A DNA stretch of 64,000 nt from positions 27,825-91,824 of the forward strand of contig JBAXCN010000001.1 of assembly GCA_037141455.1 (NCBI GenBank). Reading direction: 5' to 3'. Both the position numbers and the translations under genes were made by a program. This stretch comes from Bacteroidota bacterium. Lineage in GTDB: Bacteria; Bacteroidota; Bacteroidia; UKL13-3. The notes beneath the pieces were generated by a model that was given only the letters and a program-made list of their open reading frames with translations, was not told where the DNA came from and did no database searches. Below, in pieces: positions 17,771 through 26,423 of this stretch (its first letter is position 1; each line of letters starts with the position of its first letter).

Positions 17771-18646
17771 ATGGTAAACTGAAAATTAATTATTGATGTG
17801 GGGTTGAATAATGGGGAAGATTCGAGTTATTATTTAAGTTAAGGATATATTGTAGTAGCTATCGATGCTGATCCTAAAACGGTTATTAGTGTTAATAAAA
17901 AATTTCAAAATGAGATTAATTCTGAACAATTTACTGTTTTGAATAACGCAATAGCTGAAAAAGATGGATTAAAAATTGATTTTAATGTAAGTGAATTTTC
18001 TTCATGGAGTTCAATAAAATCGAAAATTGCCAACAGAGAAAATTTAGGTATAAATAATGTTGAAGTTGAAACTATTACTTTAAATAGTATTTTTGATAAA
18101 TATGGTGTTCCCTATTATTGTAAAATAGATATTGAAGGATATGATGAAGTTTGTTTAGAATCTTTAAAAAATTACCATGAATATCCTACTTTTATTTCTG
18201 TAGAGTCGGAGTGTGTAGGAGAGGGGCAAGTTTTTACTGAAGAAGAATCCCTTTCAACCTTAACAAAGTTAAAAGCATTAGGTTACACAAAGTTTAAATT
18301 GGTTGATCAAACTTATTTAGAAGTTTTAAAACCAAATGAAGATTATTTTGATCATGCAAAAATTTTAATATTCGATAACCCAAACATTATTCATAGAGTT
18401 GTTAAAAAAATTTATAGAACTTTAGGAATTGATAGTTTTCATTTTTCATATAGAGAAAAGTTGAGTAAAAAATTAAATTTTGATTTTTCAGTTGGTGCTT
18501 CTGGACCTTTTGGTGAAGATTTGGAAGGAGAATGGTTAAACTTTGAAGAAGCTAAAAAGTGTTTATAAAAACATAGAAATGACTATTTTAATTTAGAAGC
18601 AGCTACTGCTTATGGTTTTTGGTGCGATTGGCACGCTACAAATTAA
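17771..18646 (+). pseudogene. FkbM-family SAM methyltransferase interrupted by in-frame stop codons
   Basis: One frame reads MVN*KLIIDVGLNNGEDSSYYLS*GYIVVAIDADPKTV...EEAKKCL*KHRNDYFNLEAATAYGFWCDWHATN*. IDVG.N.G and VVAIDADP are FkbM-type SAM-binding motifs. In-frame stops are TGA 17780-17782, TAA 17840-17842 and TAA 18566-18568. The frame ends just before hairpin 18658-18690. Confidence 0.5.
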
Positions 18647-18657
18647 TCAATATACAG

Positions 18658-18690
18658 AAAAGCCCAACTGAATTTATTCAGTTGGGCTTT
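18658..18690. terminator. Bidirectional hairpin terminator between convergent genes
   Basis: 15-bp perfect stem aaagcccaactgaat / attcagttgggcttt with A/T tracts on both sides. Lies between the FkbM-like frame (+) and the PhoD gene (-). Confidence 0.8.
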
Positions 18691-18711
18691 ATTATTTTAT
18701 TACTTGCTTTT

Positions 18712-20757
18712 TTAGTTTTTTACAAATTTTCCAGTGTTGGTGGCTTTACCATCAATACTTATTTTGTAAAAATAAATTCCTTTGGCTAATGCATTTACAT
18801 CAAAACTATAAGTATAAATACCTGCGTTTTGGCTGCCTATTTTATAACCATTTACTTTTGAACCTTTAATGTCGAATAACGAAATTTCAACCATTGCTTT
18901 ATTATTTAAAGCATAGTTAATATTTAATACATCGTTAGTTGGGTTAGGGTAAGCGCTTATAACTATGGCATTATTATTTACATTTTTTACTGTAGTAATT
19001 TTACTTATTGGCTTAGTAGGTGCTGGTATTTCTTGATTGTTTTTTCCTGTTGCCATTGTATTTGAAAGTCTTGTAATTCTGTTGCTGTTATTAGCTGTAA
19101 CTACACCCTTACCAAAACTCTCATTATTGCTCGAAATTCTTAATGTATCTACATAATAATAATCTGCTTGTGCTGAATCGTCTTTTAAATCTAATATAAA
19201 ATAGCCATGTCTGTCTAAATCTACATATTTTAAATGTGGATTGTAAGAAACTGAACCAAATGGAGGGCCTACAGGAATAGGATTATTAATAGCTGCTTCA
19301 AATCCATTTGCAGTAGCTGATCCAACCGCTTCGTCAAAATTAGCCGATGATATACTTGGAGTTGCAAACTCAACACCAACCGAACCAAAACCAGTAGTAG
19401 GGTTGTAAGTTGAAGATGGAGTAGGTAAGTTAAATGCAACAGGATTAGGATATACAACTGGCTTTTTATTTAAATCAAAACCCCAGCTAGCATGAGAATC
19501 GCCAGTTATAAAAATAGTATTGCTAATTGATTTGTTTTTTAAAGTATCCATAATTGCATTGCGTTCAGTAGGATAACTTTCCCAATTGTCAATAAATAAA
19601 TTCTCTACATTTCTAATGGCATTAATATTGGTAATAGCTGGTTTATTTAACGAATCAACTGCAGCAAATCCTACATTTAAATCGCTAAAAATAATTTGGT
19701 TACCTATTACTTTCCATTTAGCAGTGCTATTAGCCATGTTGTTTATAAACCAATTGTATTGCGTAGTACCTAAAATAGTTCTCATTGGCATATCCACATC
19801 ATCAAAATTTACTGGTGGTTTTGCTCTGCCTTCTAAGCGAGTATCTAACATAATTAAATCTAACATGCTGCCATACGATATTTTACGATAAATGGTATTA
19901 GCAACTGCATCTCTAATTGGCATCCACTCAAAATATACTTTTTTAGCAATATTTTTTCTAGTTTCCCAATCGCCTTCGTTTGGTTGGTGGTTTTCTGCAC
20001 CATCTTTGTACGAATCGTTGGTAGATTCATGGTCATCCCAAATAGAAATAAAAGTTTGTTGTTGGTGAGCAAAACGTAAATCAGCATCTAATCTATACAC
20101 CGAGTATCTAGTTCTGTAATCTCCTTCTGACAAAATTTCGTTTTTAGGTTCTACAAATCTACCATTAAGCGAATCGCCATAACCTTTTGGAGCATATTCG
20201 TAAATGTAATCACCTAAATGTATAATGGCATCAATGTCGTTGCGTTGTGCAATTTTTTTAAATCCATTAAAATAACCAGCCTCATAATTGTTACACGATA
20301 CTACCGCAAAACGCAAATGATTAGCACTGTTAGTAGTTGTTTTCATTCTACCTGTTAATGAATAAACACCATTGTATTTAAATACATAATAGTAAGTAGT
20401 ACCAGCAGTTAAACCAATTACATCTACTTTTATAGTATAATCTTTACTGTTATCGGTAGTAGTTGAACCCGATTTAACAATGTTTTGAAAAGCTGTATCT
20501 GTTGCTACTATCCAATTAACGGTTTTAGCAGATAAATCACCCGAATCAGGAGTAATGCGTGTCCAAATAATTACTTTATCTGCAAGTGGGTCGCCTGAGG
20601 CCACACCATGGTAAAAAGGTTTTAAAGTAGGATCAAAAGTAAGTGCCCCTGTTTTACCCAACGAGCGGTTAAAATCAGTTAATCTAGTTTGTGCATTTGC
20701 AGTTAAAGCTGCAAAAGATGCTATCAATAAAATAGCGTAAAATAATTGTTTTTTCAT
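18712..20757 (-). CDS. PhoD-family alkaline phosphatase/phosphodiesterase with T9SS C-terminal sorting domain
   Basis: Signal peptide from ATG 20757. PhoD metallophosphatase motifs (HLGDYIYEY, ISIWDDHESTND, ITGDSHASW). C-terminal YPNPTNDVLNINY...GIYFYKISIDGK is a type-A T9SS CTD. Confidence 0.8.
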   Translation of the reverse strand: MKKQLFYAILLIASFAALTANAQTRLTDFNRSLGKTGALTFDPTLKPFYHGVASGDPLADKVIIWTRITPDSGDLSAKTVNWIVATDTAFQNIVKSGSTTTDNSKDYTIKVDVIGLTAGTTYYYVFKYNGVYSLTGRMKTTTNSANHLRFAVVSCNNYEAGYFNGFKKIAQRNDIDAIIHLGDYIYEYAPKGYGDSLNGRFVEPKNEILSEGDYRTRYSVYRLDADLRFAHQQQTFISIWDDHESTNDSYKDGAENHQPNEGDWETRKNIAKKVYFEWMPIRDAVANTIYRKISYGSMLDLIMLDTRLEGRAKPPVNFDDVDMPMRTILGTTQYNWFINNMANSTAKWKVIGNQIIFSDLNVGFAAVDSLNKPAITNINAIRNVENLFIDNWESYPTERNAIMDTLKNKSISNTIFITGDSHASWGFDLNKKPVVYPNPVAFNLPTPSSTYNPTTGFGSVGVEFATPSISSANFDEAVGSATANGFEAAINNPIPVGPPFGSVSYNPHLKYVDLDRHGYFILDLKDDSAQADYYYVDTLRISSNNESFGKGVVTANNSNRITRLSNTMATGKNNQEIPAPTKPISKITTVKNVNNNAIVISAYPNPTNDVLNINYALNNKAMVEISLFDIKGSKVNGYKIGSQNAGIYTYSFDVNALAKGIYFYKISIDGKATNTGKFVKN

Positions 20758-20909
20758 TCTGCAAATAATGAACAATCATGTTAACATTTTGTAAATTTAA
20801 TAATATCTAAACTTTATAATTATGGATATTGAATTCTTGGTATCCAACACACAATCATTAATATCCGTTTCTAATCGATAAATTGTTTTAAAAATGGTAT
20901 TTAGTTTTT

Positions 20910-22118
20910 TTAAATTCTTTCCAAAGCCATATTTGCAATGGTTACACCAATGCTTAAGCTACTAGTAGCCGCAGGACTTGGCGCATTTAAAATATGTATG
21001 GCATTGGGTTCTTCAATTATTTTAAAATCGTCTAATAATCCACCAAATCTATCGCACGCTTGAGCCCTAACTCCAGCTTCGGCAGGTATTAAATCATCTT
21101 CTTGTATGGCAGGTACTAGTTTTTGTAAAGCTTTTGTAAATGCCGCTTTACTAAATGAACGATAAAATTCGCCTATACCCGTTTTCCAATATTTAATAGC
21201 TACTTTTCTAAAACCAGGCCATGCAAGGCTTTCAAAGGTTTCTGTAAAATCAAAATCACTTTTGATGTATCCTTCACGTTTAAAAGCAAATACAGCATTA
21301 GGTCCTGCTTCCACACCGCCATCTATCATGCGAGTAAAATGTACGCCTAAAAATGGGAAATTAGGATCAGGAACAGGATAAATTAAATTTTTAATTAAAT
21401 TCCTTTTTTCGGGTTTTAACATAAAATATTCACCTCTAAAAGGTATAATTCTAGTGTCAATTTTTTCCTTACTCAATAAAGCTATTTTATCACTATATAA
21501 ACCAGCGCAGTTAATGTATTGCTTTGTTTCAAACTCTTTTTGGCTTGTGCTAATGGTAGCAAAACCGTTATGGTTTTCTATTTTTTCAACTAAATGATTT
21601 AAAAATATTTCAGCTCCATTTAAAGTAATTAACTCAGCTAGTTTTTGGCAAACTAATGCATAATTAATAATGCCGGTATAAGGAACATGAATTGCTTTAA
21701 CACCTTTTAAATTTGGTTCAAACTCTTTAATTCTGCCTTCCTCAATAATGGTATTTTTAACTAGCCCATTTTCAATTCCTCGTTCAAAAAGTTTATCTAA
21801 TTCGTATATTTCACTTTCATTACTTGCAACTACTAGTTTGCCACACAAATCGTAAGGAATGTTATTTTCATCACAAAAATCTATTAACATTCGGTAACCA
21901 GCTATACAATTTTGTGCTTTTAAACTTCCAGGTTTGTAATATAAACCCGAATGAATAACACCACTGTTATGCCCTGTTTGGTGGGCAGCAACTTCACTTT
22001 CTTTTTCAATTACTGCTATCTTTAAGTTCTTGTTTTTTAACAATAACTGGTAGGCGGTAGCCAATCCTACAATTCCTCCACCAATAATTATAAAGTCGTA
22101 TTTAAAACTTTTTTCCAT
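20910..22118 (-). CDS. lhgO: FAD-dependent L-2-hydroxyglutarate oxidase-like dehydrogenase
   Basis: YDFIIIGGGIVGLATAYQL dinucleotide fold. The ~400-aa DAO-family layout resembles LhgO. Confidence 0.6.
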   Translation of the reverse strand: MEKSFKYDFIIIGGGIVGLATAYQLLLKNKNLKIAVIEKESEVAAHQTGHNSGVIHSGLYYKPGSLKAQNCIAGYRMLIDFCDENNIPYDLCGKLVVASNESEIYELDKLFERGIENGLVKNTIIEEGRIKEFEPNLKGVKAIHVPYTGIINYALVCQKLAELITLNGAEIFLNHLVEKIENHNGFATISTSQKEFETKQYINCAGLYSDKIALLSKEKIDTRIIPFRGEYFMLKPEKRNLIKNLIYPVPDPNFPFLGVHFTRMIDGGVEAGPNAVFAFKREGYIKSDFDFTETFESLAWPGFRKVAIKYWKTGIGEFYRSFSKAAFTKALQKLVPAIQEDDLIPAEAGVRAQACDRFGGLLDDFKIIEEPNAIHILNAPSPAATSSLSIGVTIANMALERI

Positions 22119-23316
22119 CTGCTGATTTTAATTTTAATGCTATAAAAATACTTATAAATGCCATTGCAATGCTAAAATAACCAAGCCAATTATAATGAAT
22201 TAACTTACCATTTACATTTAATACTACCATTCCAGCTAAAAAAGCTGCAATGCCATTTGCCAACTGTTGAATTGAACTATTGAAACTCATAAAACTAGCT
22301 CTTATTTTAGGTTCAACTGCTCCAGTTACCATTGCTTGCATAGGAATAAATCGTCCAGAAAAAACGAAAAATATGGCCGAAATTGTTAAAACTAAGTAAA
22401 GTGGATTTGGTGTTAAATTTGTAATTAAAAAAACTGGAATTGTATATAAAGTAGCTAAAAAAACAAATACTTTTAGTTTACCAAATTTGTCAGCTAATTT
22501 TCCAATTAATGGCGAAGTTATTAACGAAACTGCTCCTCCTACTAAATAAATTAGGGGTAAATCGGCTTCTAACATTCCTACATTGCTAACCATATAAGTA
22601 CTTAATAAAGGAATAATAGAAAAGTGGCCCATCATCATTATTACTCCAAAAAGCATTGCCAATAAATTATTTTTATTATTAAAAATAGCTTTAATATTGA
22701 GCATTACATTCATTTGGGCAGCGGCCAATTGAGTAGCCTTTGACTGGTGAGGAACAAATTTTTTAACAAAAAAGTATACTGGTATTCCTAAAAAAGCTAA
22801 AAACAAGAATGGAGCATGCCAACCTAAAAAAGTATAACCTTTGGTATATGTAGCAATAAAAATACCAAATGGAACTCCAGCAACTGAAGCTAAACTAAAT
22901 GCTGCCATTATTATTCCCATAGCAGTTCCTCTTCTTTCAAATGGAATTGCATCGCTTACAATAGCAAGTACTATTGCCCCCAAAACGCCCCCAAATAAAC
23001 CAGTAATAAATCTTGCTATTAGTAAAGTTATGTAAGTAGGAGCTAACCCACAAGCAAATGTTCCTACTAAAAAACCTATAAATATTTTTAATAAATAATC
23101 TTTTCTTTCAAATTTGTTTATAATAAATGTAGTTATAATACCCGATATAAAAGCACTTATTGAATAGGAGGAAACTAAAATACTAAAATCGGAAGGTTCA
23201 ATTTTAAAAGTATTAATTAAATTTGGACCTAATGGCATCATAATCATAAAGTCCATTATATTGACAAAATTTATAGCTGCTAAAGTAAATAGCATTATTC
23301 GTTCTTTATTACTCAT
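22102..23316 (-). CDS. MFS transporter
   Basis: 12 predicted TM helices and an MFS loop motif (ERRGTAMG region). ATG 23316 avoids overlap with the upstream gene. Confidence 0.75.
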   Translation of the reverse strand: MSNKERIMLFTLAAINFVNIMDFMIMMPLGPNLINTFKIEPSDFSILVSSYSISAFISGIITTFIINKFERKDYLLKIFIGFLVGTFACGLAPTYITLLIARFITGLFGGVLGAIVLAIVSDAIPFERRGTAMGIIMAAFSLASVAGVPFGIFIATYTKGYTFLGWHAPFLFLAFLGIPVYFFVKKFVPHQSKATQLAAAQMNVMLNIKAIFNNKNNLLAMLFGVIMMMGHFSIIPLLSTYMVSNVGMLEADLPLIYLVGGAVSLITSPLIGKLADKFGKLKVFVFLATLYTIPVFLITNLTPNPLYLVLTISAIFFVFSGRFIPMQAMVTGAVEPKIRASFMSFNSSIQQLANGIAAFLAGMVVLNVNGKLIHYNWLGYFSIAMAFISIFIALKLKSADGKKF

Positions 23317-23332
23317 TTTTAGTATAATAAAA

Positions 23333-24103
23333 TTATTTTTTACCAAAACCTGCTAATTTTATTTTGGTTAGCTTTCTTTTTGTGTCTAACGAAAAATCAT
23401 TGTCCATCATCCATTGGTAGTAACCTGGTTCATTTTTAAAAACATAATTAACCATTTTACCTTTGTGTTTACCAAAATTAAAAACTTCTTCGCCTTTATC
23501 GTTCATTACTATTCTTCCTGCTAAATCAACTAAGTTAGCCTGACCACTAATTTTATGAAGCGATTCCATATCGTTTCCAATATCTTGATATTTTTCAATT
23601 TGTGCCTTTAAAACTTCGTAAGTTGCAATTGTATCTGCTTCGGCACTATGCGCATTATCAAGGTTTTTATTGCAATAAAACTTATATGCTGCACTCAATG
23701 TTCGTTGTTCCATTTGATGAAAAATACGTTGTACATCAACAAATTTTCTGCCTTCAATATCAAAATCAACATTGGCTCTTAGCATTTCTTCAACCAACAT
23801 TGGAAAATCAAACTTATTTGAATTAAAACCACCAAAATCACACCCTTTAAAATAATCGGCATATTCTTTAGCTTTTTCGGCAAAAGTAGGTTTGTCAATT
23901 ACGTCTTCATCAAAAATACCATGTATTGCCGAAACTTCTGCAGGAATTGGAATTGTTGGGTTAAATCTCTCTGATTTAACTTCCTCACTTCCATCTACAC
24001 CTATTTTTATGGAAGCCATTTCTACAATTCTATCTTTAGAAATACTTACTCCAGTAGTTTCTAAATCAAAAATAATTAGTGGTCTTTTTAAATTTAAATT
24101 CAT
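23333..24103 (-). CDS. DEDDh 3'-5' exonuclease (DnaQ/epsilon-like domain protein)
   Basis: Exo I IIFDLETTG, Exo II FNSNKFDFPML, Exo III HSAEADT. ATG 24103 is preferred. Confidence 0.75.
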   Translation of the reverse strand: MNLNLKRPLIIFDLETTGVSISKDRIVEMASIKIGVDGSEEVKSERFNPTIPIPAEVSAIHGIFDEDVIDKPTFAEKAKEYADYFKGCDFGGFNSNKFDFPMLVEEMLRANVDFDIEGRKFVDVQRIFHQMEQRTLSAAYKFYCNKNLDNAHSAEADTIATYEVLKAQIEKYQDIGNDMESLHKISGQANLVDLAGRIVMNDKGEEVFNFGKHKGKMVNYVFKNEPGYYQWMMDNDFSLDTKRKLTKIKLAGFGKK

Positions 24104-24167
24104 TTTTTTATTATTTGCTGTGCAATAATGCACTTTGTTTGTTTATGTTTATTATTCTTTTTTAAAC

Positions 24168-24199
24168 AAAAAATGCAAGCTTTTTGAGCTTGCATTTTT
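24168..24199 (-). terminator. Rho-independent terminator after the 202-aa gene
   Basis: Stem atgcaagct / agcttgcat with loop ttttg and a T-run on the minus strand. Confidence 0.75.
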
Positions 24200-24216
24200 A
24201 TTATAACATTTCAATA

Positions 24217-24825
24217 TTAAAAGTCGTCTAATCCAATAGAAGGACTATTTAAATTTTCATCTTCTGGCGCATCAGCATCTTTTGAAAATAAACCAAATTC
24301 ATCTGCTTCATCATCACTTATTTCGCCACCAATTTCCTCTGTTTTATCTAAATAATTTTTAGTTATTTCATCAAATTCATTGTCGTCAACCAATCCAAAT
24401 CTTTGAACTTTATCGTATTGTTTGGGAGCCAAACCAACTGTTTTTCCTATTCTTGGATATGTAAACTTAGGATTTTCTTTTATTTCAATTCCAAATAATT
24501 CCAAACGCATAGTCCACATAGCCATAAAATCATACACATATATTATTTTTTGATGTGGATCGTTTACAAACTGACTAAGTTTTGCAGTTTTCATTTCAGG
24601 AATAGGATTTTCAGGATCATCCGTCATGTCCTCTAAAGTAATCTCTTGTTCTTTTCTCCAAGTATCGTTACTCATAAAAAAAGAAGCAAGTTGCTTTTCA
24701 TCAAACGAAATTGATTCAAGTATTACTTTATGAAAATCAAGAAATGTTTGATTTGATTTAATTTCGATTACTCTATAAGTATCTTCGTAATCTTCAAAAG
24801 TTAGTTTAAATTTATATACTGCCAT
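24217..24825 (-). CDS. pRiA4b-ORF3-like domain protein with acidic C-terminal tail
   Basis: VYKFKLTFED...YRVIEIKSNQTFLDFHKVI...IIYVYDFMAMWTMRLEL resembles the PRiA4_ORF3 pattern (YxYDFGDxW). The last ~50 aa are D/E-rich. Confidence 0.4.
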   Translation of the reverse strand: MAVYKFKLTFEDYEDTYRVIEIKSNQTFLDFHKVILESISFDEKQLASFFMSNDTWRKEQEITLEDMTDDPENPIPEMKTAKLSQFVNDPHQKIIYVYDFMAMWTMRLELFGIEIKENPKFTYPRIGKTVGLAPKQYDKVQRFGLVDDNEFDEITKNYLDKTEEIGGEISDDEADEFGLFSKDADAPEDENLNSPSIGLDDF

Positions 24826-24891
24826 TTTATTTATTGCGGAGCAAATTTCAACTATTTTTAACTTAAATACAATATTGAAAGTTTATAACAT

Positions 24892-24924
24892 AAAAAAAAG
24901 CCATCTTTTTGAGATGGCTTTTTA
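24892..24924 (-). terminator. Rho-independent terminator after the OmpA-like gene
   Basis: Stem gccatct / agatggc flanked by an A8 run and a T5 run. Confidence 0.75.
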
Positions 24925-24938
24925 AGTTTAAATAAATT

Positions 24939-26339
24939 TTATGGTTGTTTTCTAATTAATCTAAATTCTGCTTTTCTATTTAGTCCTTCAGTCTGCATTT
25001 TATATTTTTTTACAAATGCATCTTGCTCACTAAAAACTATTATTCTTTCAGGATTAATTTCAAATATTTTTGATAATTGTCTTTTTACAGCCAATGCTCT
25101 TTTTTGAGCAATTGTTAATTGAGTCATATCAGGTCTATTGTTGTCTGCATGTCCAATAATAGCGACAAAAACACTAGTATCAATAGTCATTATTCTCGCA
25201 ATTTGTTGTAATAATGGATATTGCTCTACGTGTATATCGTATTTTGTAGGTTCAAAAGTAATAATAGGTAAACCATAACCTTCAGAACTCATTGTAACAA
25301 AATCTACTTCTGGAACAGAATCGGAAAATTGTAATACGTTTTGTGACGATTTAATTTTAAATGTTTCAGATGGATAATAAACACTTAACATTTGGTTAAA
25401 ACCATAAGGGTCTTTATCTTCAGTATCTGGAATACCATCAGCATCACTATCTAAAGTTACCCCTTTTACATCAACTTTAAAACCTGGTTTAGTTGTAGAT
25501 TCTAAATCTAAATAATCTGGAATTCCATCTTTATCACTGTCTCTTTTCAATTCTTCACTATCTTTCTTTGCTTTATTAACAATATCATCATAAATGGTTG
25601 ATACTGGATTTGACCAATCAATATGCTGCATTCTTTTTTGACCTGTAAAATTATAACCTAAATTAAAAGTAACTGAACCAAACCAATCAGAAAAACCCAA
25701 ATTTGGATTTTTGTCATATAAATCAAAATTATCTGAACGAGCCATATTTATTACAGCTTCCATACCAAAATCAAATTGATTTGTTAGCTTATATTTAACA
25801 CCAATTCCTAAAGGAATTGTATAATCTGTTCCTAAATATGTAATCCTTGTTGAATCAGGACCTATACTTTTATCTGTAATACCATTGCTAAAAGTTAAAG
25901 TAAAACCAGTAAAACCATAAAATAATAAATTGGGATTTCTTTTTCTAAAATTGATAGTACTTAAATTTGCAACTACATGAAATCCAACTTGAGTTATGTC
26001 GTTTGCAAAACCATAAATTCTTTTCTCTCCACTTTCATTTTTACCAGAATAAATTCCATACATACCAATTACTCTAGCTGAGAAAACATGTCCCAAAGAA
26101 TATCTTAAATTTAAACTATAAACAGGATTAATTAAATCTTGATTGATGTCAAAAAACGTGTAAGACCCACCTACTCCGGCACCCAACGCCCATTTGCTTA
26201 GCATTTGCTTAGTAAAATCTTTACTGTCTGTTTTAGTAGAGTTTGGATTATCACTTTCATTTATATTTGGCGAAACATTTTCTTGTGCAAATATCAAATT
26301 AATTGTAAAACAGAATAAAACTAAAAGTACCTTTTTCAT
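24939..26339 (-). CDS. OmpA-family outer-membrane protein (beta-barrel + TSP3 repeats + OmpA-like domain)
   Basis: Signal peptide and an N-terminal barrel-like region. Thrombospondin type-3 Ca-binding repeats DSDKDGIPDYLD and DSDADGIPDTEDKDP. C-terminal OmpA-like peptidoglycan-binding domain (GHADN...AQKRALAVK). Confidence 0.75.
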   Translation of the reverse strand: MKKVLLVLFCFTINLIFAQENVSPNINESDNPNSTKTDSKDFTKQMLSKWALGAGVGGSYTFFDINQDLINPVYSLNLRYSLGHVFSARVIGMYGIYSGKNESGEKRIYGFANDITQVGFHVVANLSTINFRKRNPNLLFYGFTGFTLTFSNGITDKSIGPDSTRITYLGTDYTIPLGIGVKYKLTNQFDFGMEAVINMARSDNFDLYDKNPNLGFSDWFGSVTFNLGYNFTGQKRMQHIDWSNPVSTIYDDIVNKAKKDSEELKRDSDKDGIPDYLDLESTTKPGFKVDVKGVTLDSDADGIPDTEDKDPYGFNQMLSVYYPSETFKIKSSQNVLQFSDSVPEVDFVTMSSEGYGLPIITFEPTKYDIHVEQYPLLQQIARIMTIDTSVFVAIIGHADNNRPDMTQLTIAQKRALAVKRQLSKIFEINPERIIVFSEQDAFVKKYKMQTEGLNRKAEFRLIRKQP

Positions 26340-26390
26340 AGTATAATTTATTATTTTTTGAATATGCTAAATTAAAACTTGTTAGGCATA

Positions 26391-26414
26391 AAAAAAGCCC
26401 CTTTCGGGGCTTTT
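26391..26414 (-). terminator. Rho-independent terminator after the SPOR-protein gene
   Basis: GC-rich stem gcccc / ggggc with loop tttc and flanking A/T runs. Confidence 0.8.
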
Positions 26415-26423
26415 ATCTACATA

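Noticed and set aside
17771-18646. In-frame TGA/TAA codons as evidence for an alternative genetic code or programmed recoding
   Set aside because: TAA, TAG and TGA all terminate well-supported genes elsewhere in the window at the expected protein ends (for example purQ TAA, USP TAG, ABC ATPase TGA). No SECIS-like or readthrough context is evident. A pseudogene is the simpler reading.
20776-20909. Possible heptad periodicity (tatggat attgaat tcttggt atccaac acacaat cattaat) between the lhgO stop and the PhoD start
   Set aside because: The periodicity rests mostly on a recurring AT dinucleotide in AT-rich DNA. It is too weak to separate from chance without a statistical scan.
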